A stretch of DNA of 63,650 nt from an uncultured Candidatus Saccharibacteria bacterium (lineage in GTDB: Bacteria > Patescibacteriota > Minisyncoccia > Phycocordibacterales > CAIZLB01), in assembly GCA_964627085.1 (NCBI GenBank), contig CAZVIP010000001.1:104114-167763 (forward strand), read 5' to 3'. The notes under the pieces are model-generated. The model did not search any database. It was not told the origin of the DNA and was given only the letters and a program-made list of their open reading frames with translations. This document shows, piece after piece, positions 36,809-44,565 of this stretch (position 1 is the first letter of the stretch; every line of letters begins with the position of its first letter). The translations under genes and the position numbers were made by a program.

Positions 36809-37681
36809 CTATCTGGACAGAACTTCAAAAGGACCGAAGCATAGGTAGGAATCAACAAACGCTTTGAATCCCACCATTGCTCGATTCAGAGATTCCAGTT
36901 CGTTTTCTTTTATCTCAATCTCGATAGCGAAATTGTAGGTATGGTTTCCAGCGTGGACGGAGTGGATTTGAATCAGATTCAATCCTTCCTGCTCAAACGG
37001 CAACAACGATCTGACCAATGCTCCTGGACTATGGGGTACCTTGAAAACTATCAGGACACGATTTTCTTTCCCGACCGATACATGGTGTGAAGCAGGTGCG
37101 ATGAGGAAGAATGTAGTGACGGCCTCTCCGTCCTCGAACGCTTCATCAAGAACCTTCAATCCGTATTTTCCCGATGCGGATTTTGGTCCAAGTGCCGCGG
37201 CGCTCAGGTATTCGTCGCTTTCAGCCACGAGTCTTGCGGCTTCACCATTACTCGAAGCATCGGTTGTCTGAAGAGCTTTGTTTGCGATTCGTCCTTTACA
37301 TGCCCCTAAAGCCTTAGGGTGCGCGACAATTCTGGAAATTTCAGATTCAGAAATACCGGGTTGCACCATCAAGCAGAAGTGGAGCTTCAGTCGAATTGCT
37401 CCGACTACACGGAAGTTACATTCACTCATACTTGAGTAAGTTTTCAGAAGCTCGATGAATGATTCTAGTGGTTCAGCTACCCTGCCTTCTGCTAGAGTTT
37501 CTATGGCGATGGCGCCATAGCCATCATGCTGCTGAATGAGCCTAAGGATTTCTCCGTTTGAGACTGCTGGTTGGCAGTTTACAGCATTTACTTTTGGAGC
37601 ATCGTATATTTCCGCAAGAATATCATAGGCATCGTGCGAGAATGTTGCCCCTATAGGACCAAGAAACGTTATGTTTTTCAT
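36809..37681 (-). CDS. pheA: prephenate dehydratase (PDT domain + ACT domain)
   Basis: ITFLGPIGATFSHDAY N-terminus. The ACT domain reads RVLIVFKVPHSPGALVRSLLPFEQEGLNLIQIHS...YNFAIEIE. The start is the internal ATG (MKNITF). GC is visibly higher than the backbone (30/60 in the line starting at 37141). Confidence 0.75.
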   Translation of the reverse strand: MKNITFLGPIGATFSHDAYDILAEIYDAPKVNAVNCQPAVSNGEILRLIQQHDGYGAIAIETLAEGRVAEPLESFIELLKTYSSMSECNFRVVGAIRLKLHFCLMVQPGISESEISRIVAHPKALGACKGRIANKALQTTDASSNGEAARLVAESDEYLSAAALGPKSASGKYGLKVLDEAFEDGEAVTTFFLIAPASHHVSVGKENRVLIVFKVPHSPGALVRSLLPFEQEGLNLIQIHSVHAGNHTYNFAIEIEIKENELESLNRAMVGFKAFVDSYLCFGPFEVLSR

Positions 37682-37975
37682 ATGCTTTATCTTTTTGTAT
37701 GTTGTTGTCAATATACTATTTCCACAAACAAAAACCGCCATCCGAGGGGATAGCGGTTTGTTTGTGGAGTTTCTACAACGCTAATTCACCCTTCGGATTT
37801 CCGAGTTCTTAAAAAAGAAACCAAAGAATGAATTTGTGTGTATCACATCCCCATAGTACCGAAGCTTATTTGTTTTCGCAAGTCGACCCCGACCGAGGTG
37901 TCCCCAAATTAATATTGCAAAATCTTCCAGACAATACCCATGGGGTCTCATTGTGAATTTTCCAAGGCCGAGCTC

Positions 37976-38086
37976 GAGCACACTATAAAAAAACACCCGT
38001 GTGGGTGTTTTTTTATAGTGTGCTCGAGAGGAAGCACGGGGCGATTCCAACCGAGAGACGGCGAGGGGATTATCTGTGGCCACAAA
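37976..38086 (+). repeat. second, 'empty' copy of the tRNA-Arg 3' flank (terminator hairpin + ctcgagaggaagcacgggg + cgattccaaccgag + tail motif)
   Basis: gagcacactataaaaaaacacccgtgtgggtgtttttttatagtgtgctcgagaggaagcacggggcgattccaaccgagagacggcgaggggattatctgtggccacaaa is near-identical to 36536-36740, apart from the hairpin-loop tetranucleotide, one tail substitution and the absence of the 92 nt at 36603-36694. Confidence 0.85.
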
Positions 38087-38157
38087 TTAAAAACCCGCGA
38101 GTTACCTTGTTAGGGGTTTCTCGCGGGGTAAAGGTTGATAACCAGAAAGGCCTTTCG

Positions 38158-38643
38158 TTAGTCTTCCTCCTGCAGGGTAAACTCACCACTCTCAAGACCA
38201 CTTGTTTGTTGGTTTTTTACTTGAACCTCAAGCCAAGCGATAAGTGTTGTGGCGATACTGCGTGCGATTTGCTCGTCAACATTTGCTGGGGCACCGCTGC
38301 AAGCAACGATAAGTCCTGGATAGTAAACTCCTCCTGCCCAGAAACAGTCTCCATCTTGCATAGCCGCAGGGTTTTTGAGCAGTTCTCCAGTGTCCATTTC
38401 GTGACGGGCGCATGTCATTGCTTTTGAGTTGGCAACGGCAGCGTAATCTCTTTTGTAATCTGTCGTGTTTGGTTGTCCGAGTGGTCCATGGTGCCTCGTC
38501 TCCCACATGTCACTTATCCTATCAGTTAGTGTGAGGATGGTTACATGGAGATGCTCTTTTCCATATAAGAATGGTAGTAGATCGTTGACAACTTTGATGT
38601 GTGCATCCACAACCTTGGTGATGACTTCATTTGGTATTTTCAC
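38158..38643 (-). CDS. hypothetical protein, possibly GlcG/HbpS-like (DUF336)
   Basis: WAGGVYYPGLIVACSGAPANVDEQIARSI resembles the GGg.pi...g..iGaiGvSG....DE.iA pattern. Weak evidence. The gene is GC-richer than the backbone. Confidence 0.3.
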   Translation of the reverse strand: MKIPNEVITKVVDAHIKVVNDLLPFLYGKEHLHVTILTLTDRISDMWETRHHGPLGQPNTTDYKRDYAAVANSKAMTCARHEMDTGELLKNPAAMQDGDCFWAGGVYYPGLIVACSGAPANVDEQIARSIATTLIAWLEVQVKNQQTSGLESGEFTLQEED

Positions 38644-38796
38644 GTATTTCTATTTTCTATTTTGTATCGATTTTATCGAATGTTGTTCTTCAAAGGACTC
38701 TATTTCCAGGCTTTTGAATAGACCTGAGTAGGGCAACTATATCCGTGCTTTGTTTTCTTGTAAAGAGTTGTATTTTCAAATCCCACTCCAAAAGTT

Positions 38797-38899
38797 AAAT
38801 AAAAACAGCTACCTCGCAAAGCTCGGCAACTGTTCTTTATTTAATGTGGGCAGCTGGTACAAACATATTTTCTTCGCAAGCTCGAAAATATGAAGTACC
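38797..38899 (-). repeat. two hairpins downstream of tRNA-Val that carry the same GAG..CGA(A) loop and stem as the inner P4 hairpin of the tRNA-flank elements
   Basis: On the minus strand, ggtac-ttc-atattttc-gagcttgcgaa-gaaaatat-gtt-tgtacc (38856-38899) has an inner stem identical to His 44397-44428. The second hairpin is aaataaagaacagttgc-cgagctttgcga-ggtagctgtttttattt (38797-38842). Confidence 0.6.
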
Positions 38900-38949
38900 C
38901 CTGCACCACGATTTTATAGTCGTTCGCTAGACTCTCTCCTTAGAATCTG

Positions 38950-39021
38950 TGGGCCATGAGGGATTCGAACCCCCGACCTTCGCAGTGTAAATGCGCTGCT
39001 CTACCACTGAGCTAATAGCCC
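38950..39021 (-). tRNA. tRNA-Val (anticodon UAC)
   Basis: The reverse complement gggctattagctcagtggtagagcagcgcatttacactgcgaaggtcgggggttcgaatccctcatggccca has anticodon loop ttTACac. Confidence 0.85.
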
Positions 39022-39102
39022 TCGCAGATAAGAATAAACCATATTTCAATTAATATCAAATATATGGACCCTTGAGTTGTTCTTATTACAAATATTGGTA
39101 TT

Positions 39103-39813
39103 ATGTCTGTAATGAGGAAGAGGGAACAAGAAATATCCATACAGCTTAGAAAAAAAGGTTTTTCACTAAATGAAATATCGGAAAGGCTTGGTGTACCAAA
39201 GTCTAGTGTAAGTAATTGGGTAAAAAGAATACCTATTACTGACAAACAAAGAATGGATCTAGATATACGTAGTAGAAGTATTGTCAGTATTGAGAAAAGG
39301 AGGCAAAGCAGGATTAAAAATGAATCTGCAAAAAGACAATCTGTATTCGATCTTGCAAAAAAAGATATTAAGAATTTAAAAAGAGAGGACCTGTTCTTAA
39401 TTGGAACTATGCTCTATTTTGCAGAGGGCGGCAAGAGCCAAAGAGGTCTGGTCAGGTTATCTAACAGCGACCCTAGAATGATTGAAATAATGATGCGTTA
39501 TTTTAGGGAGGTGTGTGAAGTTAAAGAGTCCAAGTTTAAGGGTCAGATTCATACTCATGAGCTAAAACAGGTAAAACCAAGTGAGATATACTGGTCTGAA
39601 ATTACTGGTATCCCTAGAGGTCAATTTTTTAAAACATATTATAAAGAATCAAAGACAGGTCCTATAGATCCAGCCCTAAAAAGTAAAAGATATCTCCAGC
39701 ATGGAACATTTGATATATACGTATGTGACACAAATCTATTTTTGAAAATCCAAGGCTGGATTCAGGGTATATATGAGAAACTTATGATAAGTCACACTGA
39801 TGTGTTAATGTAG
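39103..39813 (+). CDS. HTH-domain protein with a possible LAGLIDADG-like endonuclease core
   Basis: N-terminal resolvase-type HTH (LRKKGFSLNEISERLGVPKSSVSNWVK). The central LIGTMLYFAEGGKSQRG...NSDPRMIEIMMRYF resembles LAGLIDADG-type motif blocks. This is motif-level evidence only. Confidence 0.3.
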   Translation: MSVMRKREQEISIQLRKKGFSLNEISERLGVPKSSVSNWVKRIPITDKQRMDLDIRSRSIVSIEKRRQSRIKNESAKRQSVFDLAKKDIKNLKREDLFLIGTMLYFAEGGKSQRGLVRLSNSDPRMIEIMMRYFREVCEVKESKFKGQIHTHELKQVKPSEIYWSEITGIPRGQFFKTYYKESKTGPIDPALKSKRYLQHGTFDIYVCDTNLFLKIQGWIQGIYEKLMISHTDVLM

Positions 39814-40607
39814 TGGAAATGCAAACTAATACCCCACAAATATTATTCGAAAACAAGCACCTCATCGCAATTAATAAGCCTGCAGGTCTTGTTGTGCACC
39901 CAGATGGAAAAACAGATCAGCCAACCCTCTGCGATTGGATTATTTCAAAATGGCCAAAAATCAAAGGTGTAGGCGAACCTGTTATTTTAAACAAAGGCAC
40001 CGAAAAGGAAATTTTTATTGATAGACCAGGAATCGTACACCGACTCGACAAAGAAACTTCAGGAATAATGATTATCGCTAAAACTCAGGAGAGTTTTGAT
40101 CAACTTAAAACTCAATTTCAAGAAAGAGAGACAGAAAAAACATACCGCACATTTGTATGGGGTTTGGTAAAAGAAGACGAAGGTGTCATCAACCGTCCAA
40201 TTGGAAGAAGTAAAACAGACTTTAGAAAATGGTCTGCTGAGCGTTTTGCAAGGGGTGAACTCCGAGAAGCATCTACAGAATACAAAGTAATCGCAAGAGC
40301 AGACGATGTACCTTTTGGCCCAAATGAGACTGCAACTCAAAAGAAAATCGCACACTATGTGACATATCTCGAAGTCTACCCAAAAACAGGAAGAACCCAT
40401 CAAATCCGAGTACACCTCAAGGCCATCAATCATCCATTGGTTTGTGATTATTTATACGGCCCAAATCACCCACAGATTTTAGGTTTTGAGCGCACAGCAC
40501 TGCACGCTTTTAAACTGAAGATCACTGATCTAGATGGTGTTTTGCATGAATTTGAAGCTCCTTTGCCAGAAGACTTTTTGCGAGCAGAAAAAGTGATTGT
40601 CGGTTAA
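39813..40607 (+). CDS. RluA-family pseudouridine synthase (no S4 domain)
   Basis: Catalytic motif GIVHRLDKETSGIMIIAK, then ...YLEVYPKTGRTHQIRVHL. GTG start at 39813 or ATG at 39819. Confidence 0.85.
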   Translation: MEMQTNTPQILFENKHLIAINKPAGLVVHPDGKTDQPTLCDWIISKWPKIKGVGEPVILNKGTEKEIFIDRPGIVHRLDKETSGIMIIAKTQESFDQLKTQFQERETEKTYRTFVWGLVKEDEGVINRPIGRSKTDFRKWSAERFARGELREASTEYKVIARADDVPFGPNETATQKKIAHYVTYLEVYPKTGRTHQIRVHLKAINHPLVCDYLYGPNHPQILGFERTALHAFKLKITDLDGVLHEFEAPLPEDFLRAEKVIVG

Positions 40608-40642
40608 ATATTGTCACATTTAGGGTATGATAATATTAATGT

Positions 40643-41089
40643 ATGAAATTAAAAACATATAAAGTAACTCTGACTTTATTAACTCTTGCCGGATTTTTGT
40701 TCTCAGGCTATTTGAGTGCGATAAAGTTTTTTACAAATGTTTGTTTTGTAGGGGAGACATGCCCAAGTTTCTTGGGTCATCCAGCGTGTTGGTATGGATT
40801 CGGTATGTTCACGGTGCTTTTCGTTTCAAGTCTTGTTTTAATACTCCGAAGTAGTGCGCTCTATAGTGTAGCGAAAATTCATTCAGCTATCGGAGGGCTC
40901 GGAGTCTTGTTCTCTGGATATTTTGCGATACCAGAGATAATTTTGGTATTACAAGGGAAAAAGAGCTACATGTTCGGCCTCCCAACATGCGCCTATGGAT
41001 TCTTCTTTTTCACAACTATTTTCCTAGTGGCAACAATTTCTCTCCGAAAATGGTCGAAGGCCAAGGCTCTGGGACAAGGTCAGATATAA
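40643..41089 (+). CDS. four-TM membrane protein, function unknown
   Basis: 148 aa. A loop carries Cys residues (VCFVGETCPSFLGHPAC). Confidence 0.4.
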   Translation: MKLKTYKVTLTLLTLAGFLFSGYLSAIKFFTNVCFVGETCPSFLGHPACWYGFGMFTVLFVSSLVLILRSSALYSVAKIHSAIGGLGVLFSGYFAIPEIILVLQGKKSYMFGLPTCAYGFFFFTTIFLVATISLRKWSKAKALGQGQI

Positions 41090-41234
41090 ATAGGGTTCAG
41101 ATGGTATGTGGCGTACATGTGGTCATGTGGAGGTCATGTATAGTATAGGGATCAGGGTGCATACAAGACGGAACCCAAGTGAGGTACCCAGGGTACTTTA
41201 CATATAAAAAAGCTCTGCTATACTAGCCTCCTAT

Positions 41235-41711
41235 ATGGCAACACCTACAAAAACAGCTTCAAAGGGTACACCCCCAGCAAAAAAAGACATCAAAGTCGCA
41301 GTTCTTGACGTGGCAGCACGAAAAGATTTCGATATGCGAGCCGGTGATACAGTAAAAGTACACCAGAAAATTATCGAAAAAGGTAAGACTCGAATCCAGA
41401 TTTTCGAAGGTATGGTACTTGCTCGAAAGCACGGATCATCTCCATCTGCTACTTTTACAGTTCGAAAGAACTCTGCAGGTTACGGAGTAGAGCGAATCTT
41501 TCCACTTTATTCTCCAAACATCGAGAAAATCGAAGTTACTAAGCGAGCAAAGGTAAGACGAGCAAAGCTTTATTTCATCCGAGAAAAGGCTGCAAAGGAA
41601 ATCAGTAAGCGAATGAAAATGGAAATGATGAAGGCTGATACTTCAACAAAGGCCAAAGCTGAAGCTCCAGAAGCAGTAGAGGTTGCCGAAGCTGTAGAAT
41701 CTGCTGAATAA
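41235..41711 (+). CDS. rplS: 50S ribosomal protein L19 with N- and C-terminal extensions
   Basis: [33 protein letters not shown]...FTVRK...[18 protein letters not shown]. Confidence 0.9.
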   Translation: MATPTKTASKGTPPAKKDIKVAVLDVAARKDFDMRAGDTVKVHQKIIEKGKTRIQIFEGMVLARKHGSSPSATFTVRKNSAGYGVERIFPLYSPNIEKIEVTKRAKVRRAKLYFIREKAAKEISKRMKMEMMKADTSTKAKAEAPEAVEVAEAVESAE

Positions 41712-41730
41712 TCACTTCTCTCTAGAAGTA

Positions 41731-41758
41731 AAAAACACACTGAAAGGTGTGTTTTTTG
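41731..41758 (+). terminator. terminator after rplS
   Basis: aaaa-acacac-tgaaag-gtgtgt-tttttg. Confidence 0.6.
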
Positions 41759-41883
41759 TTTATGGTGTTTTACTTGGCTGAATATGGTCGGTCGGTGGAA
41801 AAATCAGAACATAGACAGCACTTGAAAATAAAGGATTCTTTAGCTATAGTAGGGCATACTTTGGTAACGGAGTATGGAAAGAT

Positions 41884-41967
41884 GCGCGGGTGGTGAAATT
41901 GGTAGACACGCTACCTTGAGGTGGTAGTGCCCGCAAGGGCTTGGAGGTTCAAGTCCTCTCTCGCGCA
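41884..41967 (+). tRNA. tRNA-Leu (anticodon GAG), class II
   Basis: gcgcgggtggtgaaattggtagacacgctaccttgaggtggtagtgcccgcaagggcttggaggttcaagtcctctctcgcgca has anticodon loop ttGAGgt and a long variable arm. Confidence 0.9.
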
Positions 41968-41982
41968 CAAACTATAAGAGAT

Positions 41983-42016
41983 AAACAAAAACCGGCCAGA
42001 GTGCCGGTTTTTGTTT
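41983..42016. terminator. bidirectional terminator (tRNA-Leu / M16 peptidase)
   Basis: aaacaaaa-accggc-cagagt-gccggt-ttttgttt. Confidence 0.65.
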
Positions 42017-42027
42017 ATCATAATAAA

Positions 42028-43404
42028 TTAAGCACTCTTGCCCGGCTTAATAATTTCAGTGAAAACTATATTTTTATCAAGATACGTTGAGATAATATTT
42101 TGAATATCTTCATAGGTCACTTTAGAAATATAAAGAAGGAAATCTTGCAGAAGAAGGATTTCATTATTGTTCTTGATACCCTCTACAGCCACATCTACGA
42201 TACCACTTGTTGTTCGCTCGCGAGCGACAGTGTTTTCAATAACTAGATATTTTGTCTTTTCAAAATCTTCTTTGAATTGCCCCTTCTCAAAATCAGAGAC
42301 AATGCCCCAGATAATTGAGATGGCTTCATCTGTGTGGGCTTCGTCTACGCTACTTGAGACATTGAAGCCGATATAGTCAGGAGAGACATGTGAGCTCGCA
42401 TGCGCGCCATAGCACCAACTGTTTTCAAGGCGCAATCTTCTAAAGGCGAGTTCTGATAAGAGCTCGCTTGCAACACTGAGAGCTGCAATATGTGACTTCT
42501 CATCTTCTCTGTTACTCAGTCTTGGTTTTGCACTGTCGATACTGATTGATGTTTGCTGTCTGGTAGATAGGCCGACTTCTTCATATGTGTGCTCGAAGGT
42601 ATTCACTCGTGGTGCGCCGATTGAAGCTGGAACGTAGGGTTCTTTTGATTTTTCGCCGTTTGGGATTTTTTGGATAAAAGAGTGTAGGAGGTTTTTTAGA
42701 TCTTGCTCGTCTTTGCATGCGCCAAACAAATTACCTGCGAGGTAAATTTCCATATTCTCTTTTACAAAATATTTCTTATGAGTCTTCACTAAATCTTCAT
42801 GTGTGATAGCTATAATGGTTTCTGGCCATCCGAGAACTGAGGCCGAGCGCACTCGGTCGGGGAGGTCATAGAACATATTTTCTTTTTCCTTTTTGAGATA
42901 GGCGATTCTTTTTTCATTAAGTAATCTACCCCATGCTTCTTGGGTGATGACTTTTTGTTCGTGTTGCCAGCTTTTTTCGGTAAGCTTTGGATTCGTGATA
43001 ATACTAAAGATACCCGCAAGTGCCGTCTCAAAATTATGAGGTAATGTTTTCCCTGTCACAAAGAGCTCAAATAATCCAGTGTATGCGTTTAGCGTATCGA
43101 GCATGATAGTTTTGCTGAAGTCTTGAGTCTCTTTTTCATCCAAAAACATATCCGAACCATCAAAAAGCATATGTTCCAAAAAGTGCGCCGTGCCTTCACG
43201 TCCTGGTTCATCGTGCACCGCACCGAATTTGAATCCAATCCGCGCGTGGATACACGGTGAAAAATCGAGTTGTTTCGTATAGATACGAACACCGTCAATT
43301 TCATATTGGTTGAATTCATAAGGTTCATTTGTGACACCAGTTTTGATAATTGATGAAATATCGGCTTTTGTAGGGTTTTTCCAGCTATCTTTATTTATAC
43401 TCAT
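42028..43404 (-). CDS. M16-family (pitrilysin/insulinase-like) zinc peptidase
   Basis: Inverted zinc motif HFLEHMLF (HxxEH) near the N-terminus. Two-domain size (458 aa). Confidence 0.8.
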   Translation of the reverse strand: MSINKDSWKNPTKADISSIIKTGVTNEPYEFNQYEIDGVRIYTKQLDFSPCIHARIGFKFGAVHDEPGREGTAHFLEHMLFDGSDMFLDEKETQDFSKTIMLDTLNAYTGLFELFVTGKTLPHNFETALAGIFSIITNPKLTEKSWQHEQKVITQEAWGRLLNEKRIAYLKKEKENMFYDLPDRVRSASVLGWPETIIAITHEDLVKTHKKYFVKENMEIYLAGNLFGACKDEQDLKNLLHSFIQKIPNGEKSKEPYVPASIGAPRVNTFEHTYEEVGLSTRQQTSISIDSAKPRLSNREDEKSHIAALSVASELLSELAFRRLRLENSWCYGAHASSHVSPDYIGFNVSSSVDEAHTDEAISIIWGIVSDFEKGQFKEDFEKTKYLVIENTVARERTTSGIVDVAVEGIKNNNEILLLQDFLLYISKVTYEDIQNIISTYLDKNIVFTEIIKPGKSA

Positions 43405-43422
43405 GGATGCTATAATACCATT

Positions 43423-44061
43423 ATGTTGTATACAAGAAAGGGTGACGCAGGCACCACAAAAACATTCGGTTGTAATCAGCGGATTTCCAAGAGCTCAGCT
43501 ACTGCGGAGGCACTTGGCTCACTCGATGAAATAAATTCATTCTTGGGCTTAGTGAAGGTCAAAGTAAAGGCGGCCGGAATCTCTTTGATCCTAGATAGTG
43601 AAGTTGTTCCTATCGAGGCTATCATCCATGGTGTACAGGAAAATTTATTCATCATCCAGGCTGAGGTCGCTGGATATCCCAAGCCTCTCGATGCACAGAA
43701 AATCACTGTTGCAGAAAAAATCACCGATGCAGTTGAGGCCGAGCTTCCGCCAATCAAAACTTTTTTCATTTCCGGCGGGACTGAGCTCGCTGCGATATTT
43801 GATATTGCTCGCACAATGGCTAGACGCGCCGAGAGAAGGGTGGTGGCTGTCTACGAAGAATTAGAAAATGAAAAAGCCTCGGCCGAACAAAAAGATACAG
43901 CAGCAGACAATGCCACTGACACGGATTCTGGAAGGCAGACACCTACTATTGATGCAAACACTCTTGCATACCTCAATAGGCTTTCAAGTGTCTTGTATGC
44001 CCTCGCAAGACATGCAAATCATTCATCAGGGATTATCGAGGAGAGCCCAAGTTATTCTTAG
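43423..44061 (+). CDS. PduO-type ATP:cob(I)alamin adenosyltransferase-family protein
   Basis: MLYTRKGDAGTT N-terminus (the TRxGDxGxT motif), then LGSLDEINSFLG and ARRAERR helices. Confidence 0.8.
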   Translation: MLYTRKGDAGTTKTFGCNQRISKSSATAEALGSLDEINSFLGLVKVKVKAAGISLILDSEVVPIEAIIHGVQENLFIIQAEVAGYPKPLDAQKITVAEKITDAVEAELPPIKTFFISGGTELAAIFDIARTMARRAERRVVAVYEELENEKASAEQKDTAADNATDTDSGRQTPTIDANTLAYLNRLSSVLYALARHANHSSGIIEESPSYS

Positions 44062-44230
44062 CCTGTGTCTTATAAAAAAGGCTGTGCGTACAGTTTACTA
44101 CTTTGTTGTTCGCAAGTGCTTTGATGGCTCCTGGACTTTTTGCCCATTTTTCTGTATAAAGAGTGTGTCAGCCACGTTTTAGATCTGTGGCCATCCAGCC
44201 GCGCACCAAGGACATGCTGACAAACAATAT

Positions 44231-44304
44231 GGTGACTATAGTTTAGTGGTAAAACTCCGGTTTGTGGAACCGGTATCGAGAGTTCGATTCTCTCTAGTCA
44301 CCCA
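44231..44304 (+). tRNA. tRNA-His (anticodon GUG) with an encoded G-1 opposite C73
   Basis: ggtgactatagtttagtggtaaaactccggtttgtggaaccggtatcgagagttcgattctctctagtcaccca has anticodon loop ttGTGga and T-arm gagag-ttcgatt-ctctc. Confidence 0.9.
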
Positions 44305-44308
44305 CGAG

Positions 44309-44334
44309 AAAAAATCCCCGTCAGGGGATTTTTT
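44309..44334 (+). terminator. hairpin + T-run directly after tRNA-His
   Basis: aaaaa-atcccc-gtca-ggggat-ttttt. Confidence 0.65.
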
Positions 44335-44342
44335 CGTAGTGA

Positions 44343-44476
44343 GGTGACTAAGCAAGCGCGGGGCGCTTGCGGGAGAGAATCGAAGACCTTTTGAGCATAT
44401 TTTCGAGTGCATCGCACGAAGAAAATATCCAAAAGGTGTACTGGTCCTGTAAGGACCGATTCTCTCTAGTCACCCA
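44343..44476 (+). ncRNA. candidate structured element (tRNA-flank element, His copy)
   Basis: ggtgacta(P1)-ag-caagcg/cgggg/cgcttg(P2)-cgg-gagagaatc(P3)-gaag-accttttg(P4)-agc-atattttc/gagtgcatcgcacgaa/gaaaatat-cc-caaaaggt(P4')-gtact-ggtcc/tgtaa/ggacc(P5)-gattctctc(P3')-tagtcacc(P1')-ca. The 3' 19 nt are a verbatim copy of the tRNA-His 3' end. Confidence 0.5.
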
Positions 44477-44490
44477 CGCAAAAAGAAAAC

Positions 44491-44527
44491 ACGCCATCCA
44501 GCTTCTGCTGGATGGCGTGACGTTTTT
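44491..44527. terminator. strong bidirectional terminator
   Basis: acgccatccagc-ttct-gctggatggcgt (12-bp stem), with T-runs on both strands. Confidence 0.7.
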
Positions 44528-44565
44528 CATTTGTAACCTACCGCCGGAGCGGTGGGTGTTATGCC

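Noticed and set aside
40643-41089. The four-TM protein interpreted as a vitamin K epoxide reductase (VKOR) homologue.
   Set aside because: Loop cysteines are present, but the redox-active CxxC in the last helix is missing; only a single Cys is found in PTCAYG. I kept it as a generic membrane protein.
41090-41234. Short direct repeats (catgtggtcatgtggaggtcatgt) upstream of rplS, considered as a ribosomal-protein leader or regulatory element.
   Set aside because: I cannot derive a convincing conserved structure or an L19-leader-like fold from a single sequence. It is left unannotated.
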